From Lytechinus pictus (taxonomy: Eukaryota): a stretch of DNA of 64,000 nt. The position numbers were made by a program, and so were the translations under genes. This document shows, piece by piece, positions 54,089 to 64,000 of this stretch. Location: the NCBI RefSeq assembly GCF_037042905.1, contig NC_087245.1, forward strand, positions 992,001 through 1,056,000. The letters are read 5' to 3'. Position 1 is the first letter of the stretch. Each line of letters opens with the position of its first letter. The notes under the pieces were generated by a model that saw nothing but the letters and a program-made list of their open reading frames with translations, had not been told where the DNA came from and did no database searches.

Positions 54089-57000
54089 GTAAACTAGTTT
54101 CTTTAATCATTTTTCTATGAGGATGGGTAGGTCTTCAACTTTTTTATCTAAATGGTTATGCAAAATGTTTATATAGTTTTCATGAAATATATTATCTCAT
54201 TCGCTTTTAATTTAATGTCCAGAAACAAATGCTGTCAAAAATGATTGTAGGCATCCATACAGTCATGAACAAAGGTTCCACTAATTTTCGACAGTATTGG
54301 TATAGTTACGATGTGACAAGGTCAAAAGATGAAGATAACATAGCTTTTCTTCTCTGGCCATTCGATGTACGTTTCGGATTTGAAGCACGCCTCAATCGAA
54401 AGCAAAGAGTTTTGAATGGGATTTTAAAAAGCACAAACTATGATGGTTTAGAAAAAAATGTAGTCTAGGTGAGGCAAGGCCAATGTTACGGGGTGAGGGC
54501 AAATGTCATCAACTTCACAGTTATTCCATTATTGAAAGGAGTTACTCTCTACATGATATAAACGCTCCTACCCCAAACTTCCATGACTTCTTATCAGCAA
54601 CTACTTTTTTTCGTACTACCTAACACTTTCCATAGTATATTTGACACTATTCAATGTAATATTGTACTAAATATGTGGGAACATACTGATTTTTTTTAGC
54701 TCATTATGAAGCAGTATTTTAATGGTTTATAAACAAACTGCAAATCATGAATGGGGGGGGGGGGTAGGTTTCACAACCTAGCCCATAGTACGGAATCTCC
54801 TCTCTCATCCGTATTCATACGCAGTGAGGATGATTTCCCCAAATCAGAAGATTCTGCGTCATGGGTGAGAAATCTAAAGCTCCCTAATAAAAAAGAGAAG
54901 CGTAAAATGAATATATGAATGATATGTTTTCAAGTTTGTTTAGTACTGATTTCCTTGAAGAAACTACGTGAATGTCAAACTCTTTTGTTGAAAACTTCAC
55001 TACCCTTTATATTGTATCATTGAACTTTTTGAAGGGAAGCACTGGTTCTTTATTTGCGGTAATTTGTCTCCTGGGACCAGTCATCATGTCAAGAAAAAAT
55101 TGATTAGAGGTTGTCCTTTACCACTTCCATACCTTATACATCCCTTACAGAAAGATCTTAAAGACACGCTGCGATTTCTGCTTCATCACGTTATCTTAAT
55201 TACCGTTGTAATTAGTGACTACAACCTGAACTTGATCCTGCTTCGGGGGGGGGGGGGTCCTGATTCTTGCGAATTTTATTTCAGCCAATCAAATGCCACA
55301 ATTGCTGTGTTGAAAAAAGGTATAACTTGTCTAAATAAGATAAGACAAGGGTGGTTGTTCAAAAGCCTTGTAACAAAATAGCCGGCAGATTGCTAAAATG
55401 TAACACATGTCTTAAAATCAGGGGCTGCGTTAATTCAGCCCACCATCATGAAAAGAAGCATTTGATCTTCTTTTTTTTTTGGGGGGGGGGCATTTAGTAA
55501 AATATCATTTCATGAAATTTTGAAAATTGTAAATTCACAGTTGCTTCAAAACCTTTTTGAAAGAATTTCAGAAACGAATCCTTTCTTAAATAGTCTGCCT
55601 TTAGTCATAATAGTTTGTGTCTGTAGAACTTGGTTGATTACATATTTCACTGAAAGGAAGTTTGCCAATTTAAAACTAATTATTTTGTTTAGAGGTCAGG
55701 TGTGAAGATGTATTGAGTACTTAAAGGTGTGGACAGAGATGCTTTCTATTATTATTAAGGAACAGCTATGTATTTACTCTTCCAAATCGTTATTCTTTGC
55801 AGTATTTGTTTAGTTTCTTATGTGAGATGTGAAGGCGATTTGAGGTGTGGAAAGGGGAGCTTTAAATCAGTTTATCAGTGAGCATCAGAGATGTATTGAA
55901 AAGTGTTGAAGGAGATGATGTTGGGTGTTAATATGATAGCCAATGAGTGATTTACAGAGTCAATGCAATTGATGTGAATATTTAAGTAAAATCGAAAGTA
56001 AATATTGCTTGACTGGATTTTTTTTTATATCATACAATATGCATTATATTGTCAGCTCTGTTTTCACTTCGCCTTTTTCAAGTTGCATTCATTCTAATAA
56101 TCATATTTCTTTAAGCCAACATTTCAATTCAAATAATAATTGTCTGTCTGTATTGCACGTATATAGGGTTTGTGGGATCCGCTAAAAGTCACATTCATAA
56201 ACTCTTCTTTTTTTCAACTCAGAGATATGGACGAATAATTCGCCTTACATTTGACATTTCTTACGATGAACAGTATCATGGATCTATTTCATTATTGTTA
56301 CCTCATCATCCTTTCTTCCCCAAAAAATGATATTTTTATAATTTCGTTTTCCTGAAGTGATTTGCTTGTCCTAACCGAATTGTGTCGTGATACCTTACCG
56401 ACCATGCCATAGCCATTTCCTGAAATCGTTACCCAATTAAATAGTCTCTGACATGTAGAGCTAATTTGTTAAATCACTGGATTTCCAGAATATCTCAATA
56501 TTATATTGAATATCAAGATAGACAATTTGAAATGATTACATCACTTTTAGACCATATGCTCTTTGCTCCAAATTTTTAGATGAACTTTTTAAACTCAAAT
56601 CCTCTCGGCTTTTAGATATATGCGGGGAGCTTTCTTTTCGTATTTCATTCTTGTTATGATTACCTGATTTTTTTTAAAATAATGCTGAAAGGATATTCTC
56701 GAAGATTCATTGGAGGGATAATGAGATATTATATCAAGGTTTAACTTTCAAAGCGATCTACCTGATTATCCTTCCTCGTATTCTAAGGCTTTCTGACTTA
56801 GTTGAAGTTCATTTTAAATCCAAGCGCTTGTACTAGACGAAATACCGTCTTGAAAATCAATCTGGTTATATCATCTCCATAGAACGATATTCAAGCATTC
56901 TTTTCGTAATGTGTCTGCGAAGTATTTTGACGTGCGTGACTATGTCAAAACTCCATTAGACTTTTGAAACAGCAGGCTGTTTAACTTAATTTTAAAATCG

Positions 57001-59082
57001 TTTAACGTCTGGCTCAGAGCCTAAATGAACTTCAAGACGAAGGTAGACACCCCTTGCCTTATTTGAATTCAAAGTTAAACATATCACCTTGGATGTGATA
57101 CATTGCAAATAATGTGAGATGATACATGGGATGGTTCATTACGCCATTGTTCTTTGGTCTTCAAACCGATACAAGTAAACGAAGCGTACTAATGGAAGCC
57201 ATTCGCAGTCTAATTTTGGTGAAAACGAGAGCCATTTCAATCCCTGTGTCCATGCTTTGATGAAAAATGTGTCTACACTTTTGATTGGAAACTTTGCAAT
57301 GTTCCTATTTTCAGCCTCTTTCTTCCCATTGTTGCCATTGTCTTGGGTTTCATACTTGTGGATCTAATGTAACTGAAGAAGAGTTAGCTCCATATATGAT
57401 AGGGTCGAATTGTTAACATTCTAGTACGAGGTTTAGAGAGGACAATTCCAGTACGTCCTGGTCATCCTTCTCTAGACCCAGGGGAACTGACATTTTAAGA
57501 TTGTTAGCATGGTTAGTGAAGCCATTGTCCGACATACGTTTCCGGTTGCGTCTTCCCGTCCAATGGACACGCCTTCTACGTTGAATGAAATGTCTGCTGT
57601 TTGAAATCTTCAATATCGGCTGTAAGAGTATTAAGAATAATTATTCCCCATGTAGTCTAATAAAACAAAGGAAAATTATTAATTCTTTGAAAGAGTTTTG
57701 GAAACCCCCCAAAATTGTTTGTTGGACTTCATGAATGACGAATGACTATGCACATAGGTTTTTTTTTACAGCAGAGATGAATGTTGATTCTGAGATCTTC
57801 TAACTCTTCCTCAAGACTCTGGACTCTTACCGTGCTCTGAATATTGTATTAATACCCTCAAGCCAGACTTAATCTTCAATAACACTATTCCATCCATTTA
57901 TAGAGACATACAGCTTGCATTGATCATGGTTCGTTGTATAACAGTCCTTCTGGCATTAAATCCTAATCCTAGCCAAGTTTCTCTTTGCACGATCTTCCTA
58001 CAAATCGATGCGATTGACGTTTGAATTTAGGTGATAATTCGAGTGATGTTGGTTTTTTTTAAACCATGATGTTGAACTTCCTCCCTAGGCTTCTCTAGAC
58101 CTTTGCCGATATATGTATTTTATATTAATGTGTTATGTATATATTCTACCAACACCATGGACAATGACCTGATGACGCAAAACGCATCGTCCTTTCACCA
58201 TTCATTATTTTCTCCTTCTTTGGCCGAGTATGTGTCTATCTGGCGGCTCTGTTATTGCGTGGTGTTCATATTCTTGAAGAGCACACAAGATCTTAGAGTG
58301 CTTTCAAATGTGGTCACTTCATGTATAATTACTTTGTAGACTATGTTCCTATATAGATCAATCAGCTACTTATCAATCATTTGCGGACGAGACAATTTTG
58401 TTTGAAAACAAAACCCCGCATCGACGAGGGATGAGGAATGGGGCAATACCCTTCCCAGGCACCTATAGTCATTATGTTTACCCCTCTGAGATTTCCAAGT
58501 CTGTAGAGGTCTTTAACTTGACGATTGTTATACTCACTGTGGAAGAGTTAAGGACTGTGAAAAAATTGTAGTTGTAGTCGTAGATTCCTGCTTGCTATAG
58601 CTCCCCTTTAAGAATGGGAAAGGAGTATATTTCAGTAAGGGGGTACTTTAACATATATACGATGATTATTACCCCCGATTCAATTATTCTTATTACAGGT
58701 CATTCATGATTCTCTTTCTTTATCATGTTTTAATTTTCTTGTATATGAAGTTTGATTATAAGACCCTGGCTGTTTCACGGAAATTTAAGACCATTGAAAG
58801 TCCTGCTTATATGTTAAGTTGCGTGTGTCATAATATCGCATTGGTCTGATCATGTGTGCGTTCGCATGACCTTAAGACACACTTAAACGACCCAGGTTTG
58901 ATGATGTTGTAGTATGACCAATGTATCTATTATTCCATTCCTCTTTTCTTATTGTTAATATTGAATGAGCCAGGTGTTCACTGCTGAATTGATAAAACCA
59001 AAATCAAGCTGAAGTACTGTATACATGTATTGTCTGCCCAGAGGTTGTATATAATCAAATATTTTTTTCTGTATCATTTCAG

Positions 59083-59187
59083 CTGAACGAGTATCGGATG
59101 ACCATTGATGAATTGAAGGCCGAGTTAATTCAAGAGCGAGATGAACGTATGGCCGAGAAGTCTGAGTTCGATCATAAGATTGCAGTG
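59083..59187 (+). CDS. SOGA/MTCL1-like: Coding exon of the SOGA/MTCL-like gene (105 nt, phase 0-0)
   Basis: tttttttctgtatcatttcAG acceptor, GTG|GTAAGG donor. LNEYRMTIDELKAELIQERDERMAEKSEFDHKIAV. The gene continues beyond this exon. Confidence 0.87.
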
Positions 59188-59567
59188 GTAAGGCTTTTAT
59201 TATATAGCGTTTTGAAATATCATTTTATTTATATTTCTGACAGTTGTCAAACACAACTTTTCCTAAAGCATAACAGTCCTTTCCCCCTTTTTCGTATGAA
59301 TTCTGGTCTTCTTTAGTTTGAAGGTCTGCTAAAATAGTTTATATTTCTGTCCATTGTGTATTACCTTCTCAACCTTATGTCTATTTTCTCATGAATTTCT
59401 CCCTATTTTCATGATCTATGTTGTATGATGTTATTATCCCGTGTCATGTTCATTACTTTGTCTTTTACAACAATGTGTATTTTAAATTCAATGGAAAAAA
59501 AAAGATTTATCTTCATGATTATCATCTCATCACTATCATTATCACCATCATTGTCACAGTCGCTATA

Positions 59568-59649
59568 CACTGCAAAAACTCCGGTGTTGATTTAACACCA
59601 GCCCAGAATCTATATATGGTGTTAAATCAACAGCGGAGTTTTTGCAGTG
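59568..59649. mobile_element. 82-bp hairpin mini-MITE with TA target
   Basis: TA|CACTGCAAAAACTCCGGTGTTGATTTAACACCA, 16-nt loop, TGGTGTTAAATCAACAGCGGAGTTTTTGCAGTG|TA. One mismatch in 33 bp. Confidence 0.88.
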
Positions 59650-62022
59650 TATTAGTAGTGTCAGCTTTATACTCCCTACAATTACCAGGTACATAGTATC
59701 ACCATTCTTTCTGGGTTTGGTATGGAAATCACGTCACTTTCTCTATGAACATAATGTGCAGAAGCTGTAGTACTGTCTGGTTGTTATCAAAGTTGAAATC
59801 TATGGACACGAAACTTGTGGTAATTTTGAAAGGAAATAAGAGCTTTTATGTTCTACTATGGGAAAAAGAAAGACGCAGTATGTTCATTGGGGAATGGACT
59901 GGTGACGTCAACCATACAATCAAATTCTACTCTAGGGTAGCAACGGAGCAAAATGTGTGAGTGAAGAAGCTTTTAGGGATGGGGTTTATTGAATTCTGAA
60001 CGTGTAGATGGGAAATGGTTGAAGAATTGTTGTTTGATCAAATCAACAATATACCTTTAAAAACCTTTACTTTATTGATAAAAAATACATTTCTGAAATC
60101 GTCACTGCGGCTATGTTTCATGACCAAAAAAAATATGTATCTTAAATTAACTTTCGTTTATATGCTTGTGATTTTCATAAAGATTGGACCCGAACATTCG
60201 TAGATAAAGGCATGGTAGGCTGAGAGGGCTTAACTCCCCCCCCCCCTCCCCAATTTCTTGCAGTTGACATGAACAAAAGTACACACTACCCTTTTATTGT
60301 GATTTTATACTTTTTCAGCCTTAACTCTTAAAAACATTCAGCGGCCCATGAAAGGAGTATGGCATACCCTTTCTTATGGAAAGTAGGTAGGCTCTTTTTC
60401 ACAAATTATCGGCTTATTCTAGACCCGACACGATTGAGCAATAGTTTATGATTTATTCTCAAGATCGGTGTTTTCTTTTCTGAGTTGATTATTCTCATCA
60501 GTTTACTAATCGAGCGAGAAGGATATGCTTTAAGTTTCATCTAGGAATATCTAAATTTGTCCAAGGGCAGACAATGATTAAATAGCTGGTCTACTTTGTC
60601 AGAGCTCATTTATTTTCTTAGTCATTCTGATTCACAAGGTCTGTCTGGCGGCAAATACCCATGGTATGTCAGTATACTGAAGTACTTGTAGACATGTCTA
60701 CTATACATCGGTAGAGGTTTGTAGTTAAACTTTGAAGAGAAGGAGAAATGATTACTTCCAATATTGCCGTGTGTTGCCGTCAGGTGGCAATTTTTACATG
60801 AAAGATTATTGCTGCAACTTTTTAAGAAAAAAAGCGTTTACGAGCACAAGAAAAGCCATTACTCATAATCATATATTTATCATTGGTGGCTGCCATCTTT
60901 ATTTTTGTCTTAAGTGTTTTTGGCTATGTTAGGTTTATTAAATGTATATGACTGAATGAATAACTAAATATTTTGTTCGAAAAAAAAACAGATGAGATCA
61001 TGCTTGTCCTAATAATTAGCTAGAAATAAATTCCCGCCCCCTAAGTCTCCCGTCGAGCAATGCAGTGACTAAGACCATGGTTGGATACTAAATTGGCAAA
61101 TAGTTTTGCATCGTTGACAACTTCAACTGAACTCATTGCCATTTTAGTTTGGACAAGACTTGATCCAAAATAGCATATCCCGTTACCGTTGGATTTGAAA
61201 TAGAAACACGGAAAAGATGAGTGAGCAATCGTTCAGAGTAATTAACTACGGTAATAAAGAAGGTCAGTTGAGCCCAGATATATGTTTTTAGTCTGAGTCA
61301 ACTTATAATCATTATTATTTTATAGTTCTTTTATTTTAATTACATTCTAGTATAGCTATACTATTTGATTGCTGAAGAAGTTGAAAATTTGTGTCTAAGT
61401 ACTTCAGTAAGGAAATAATTCTCGTTTTGGAATAAAGCCCCACCTATATTTAGAGTAATTTAAAATATATTGAAACTTTGGAAATGGGTTAAACTTAATT
61501 TAGCATAATGTTGTTTACATGTTAAATTGTAGAAAGAATACATAGGCCTGCGGTATACTGGTGTTCACAATTTATTTACACAAATGCGTCCAGTACATTG
61601 CTAAACTTGAGTTTCGATATTCTTTGATATGACTGTTGAAAGAGTTTTCTTCGAGTTGTCAGGCAGTCTGCATATCAGATGTTTCTTAGAATTGAATCGG
61701 AAACGAGAACTCGACACACCCCTTTTCATTCCATTTCGAAATCTCGAACTCTATGACTTTTTAAACAAGAGTAATGTTAAAAGACAGAGAGAGGAAGGCA
61801 GGGGGATTTTTTGTGACAAAAAGCATTTATGTAGGAAGGAAGTCGGGGACGTTACAGGCAGACTGCGTAATTTGTTTCCTCCGAGTTTTGAATTCATTTT
61901 TAGGTTACCTTGCTCTAAATCATTATTTCAGTCTAGAAACATATCGTCCAAGGGCTTTGAGGAATTCCTTTCAATCTATTTTCAGCATATTTCAAAACTT
62001 CGAGATTAGAAGGTGTGGAGGT

Positions 62023-62382
62023 GGAGGTGTCGTGGTGTAGTGGTTCAGTCACTTGACTCTTCAACCAAGGGTCGAGGGTTCGAATACCACCCGGCGCTAA
62101 TGTCATTTGGCAAGGCACTTATCCACGATTGTCACTCTCTACCCAGGTGTTGTACCCGATGAGATGTGAACGTCATTGTAATTAGATTGGCACGTGTGCA
62201 CCGATAAATGGTTGCCTGGCCAGGATACTCCCCAGAATACTCCCCATGGAGTGGAGATGATGCACTTTATGTGTGAACAGTGATGGATCCTATGACAGGG
62301 GTAATAATAATTGCAATGTAAAGCGCTTAGAAGCCAACGTATGAAGCGATGTGTAAATGTTAATAATATTGTTTTATTATTA
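62023..62382 (+). mobile_element. tRNA-derived SINE with L2-like tail
   Basis: A box TGGTGTAGTGG (62033), B box GGTTCGAATAC (62077), central ttggcaaggcacttatccac...ctctacccaggtg, 3' tgtaaagcgcttaga...aaatg and a TTA-rich tail. Confidence 0.85.
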
Positions 62383-64000
62383 GAGAACAATAATTACAAT
62401 AAAATGTCATCTAATGCATCCTTAACAGATATTCAAATAAACATGTACAGAATGCAATAATAATAATAGTTGCGAATCATTTACATCTACAGCATGTCGT
62501 TTGTAATGCTTTATAGCTACTGTTTGCTTCTTTGAGCTTCTGATTTTCAATCAAGGTAAGACCACCAAACTAGAGGAACGTAGTTTTATTTTAAGAAACC
62601 ATTTCCACCGTGCGAGTTGTGTATCCTTAATATCTTTCTTCCTCTTATGGATGTGTGTGTTCTCCTGGGGTAAAGGTGGCCTATATGTCTTCCTGTCTTC
62701 ATAATGGATAGATGGAGATACTCGATTGAGAGTTAAAGGGTCGGTATTAGATTTAAAAAACGGTTAGCTTGAAAGGGTGTGCCGTTCCACATGATATGTA
62801 GGAAGCATAGGAACATAATATATTTTTAAGTGTGTGAATACAGAAACAAACTTATATATACACGTTGTCTGTTTATAATGAAAGGACTTGTTAGCCGTTT
62901 CATCCAACAAATCCTTATTTATCCGACAGTAAATATAGTATTAAATCTTCTCAACCAGTCAAAATCAAGGAAAGTTGTCAGATCTAATACTGTCAATGGC
63001 GCTACGAAGAGTTAGTACACCTCTTGTTTAATGTACGAAAATAACGGCTTCGTCTTATTAGAAGATATATTATTTTATTGGTTATTTATTATCGCACTGT
63101 TTTCCCCCTGAATCTCCGGTAAAAAATGTTTTGTATATTTGTCTTGCGTGAGATTGATTTCACCCGATGTAAAGTTTTATTTGAATTATTTCCGTTGAGC
63201 CAATGTGCGTACTCTTGTTTTAATTAATAAGTCTGAATGATTGACTGAAGGTTTCTAGTAGTTATGTTGCTCAATTTGCCTTCGATAGATTTCGGAGAAT
63301 AAAACAAAGAAATGTAACATATATAGAAAGATATTGAAAAAAAAAACAATTAAGAAAGTTAAATGTTACAAGAGCAGAAAAACGTGATTGATCCTTTATT
63401 GAAATATGATCATCAAAAAGTACACGTCCTTTTTTATCTATATTTAATAATATCTGGAATTTTTCATGTTTGTATTTTATTTTATTTTACAGACAGAAAG
63501 GGAAAAAAGTTGGGGATATTTTATTGTAATGAAGATAAATTAAGGGAAACGTAGCTGTGAACGTTTGAACTCTTAAGCAAACTTTTTGTCTGGTTGTATG
63601 TCGTGAAAGAAACCTCCAGTTCGTGTCACTTTCGTGTTCCGTTATAGATTTATTTCCAGGGAAACGACGATTTAATTTCAGAGTTGGGAAGATGAATGCA
63701 TGGTAGGGTATCTTTAAAGGGAAACAGCTTTTGCAAAGTTGTGTTTAATGTGCAAAATATTGCTCCGGGGTCTTTCCACTACGCTCTCCGGAAATTAAAT
63801 TCATCTGAAGTGTATTGGCGTGAATAGAGTAGAAATGTAAATGGCCTTTAAAAAAATGTTAAACTAATACTATTTTCTAAGTCGTTGGACTTATACTTAA
63901 TCGGTACATTACGTAATATCTAATAGGCCCTATATCATTTAATACAGATTCATTACAGGTCATTTTTATTGGTTGTTTGTATTTTTTTTCCCTCATGAAT

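Noticed and set aside
62023..62100. tRNA gene
   Set aside because: A and B boxes are present but I see no clean cloverleaf or poly-T terminator, and it continues into a SINE body and tail.

Overview
AT-rich eukaryotic (animal) genomic DNA. The repeat style suggests an echinoderm such as a sea urchin; this is inference. The window appears to lie inside one large plus-strand, intron-rich gene for a SOGA/MTCL (microtubule cross-linking factor)-family coiled-coil protein. I reconstruct a phase-consistent exon chain: (21190-21204 candidate microexon), 22521-22586, 26290-26719, 27646-27930, 28431-28763, 39030-39241, 43310-43501, 59083-59187. The main start and stop lie outside the window. The most interesting structure is its isoform logic. 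One composite exon either splices at 28763 or reads on ~435 codons to a stop plus AATAAA. That same exon begins with a perfect GTGAGT donor, as in recursive splicing. There is also a candidate internal first exon at 54038-54088. The introns hold many non-autonomous DNA transposons (TA, TTAA, 3-bp and 8-bp target types), a Helentron/HINE-like element, a truncated CR1/L2-group LINE interrupted by a MITE, LINE 3' relics, a tRNA-derived SINE and a G-rich ~40-bp minisatellite. No CRISPR array, rRNA, true tRNA or prokaryotic system is supported. Most short ORFs in the track are noise.
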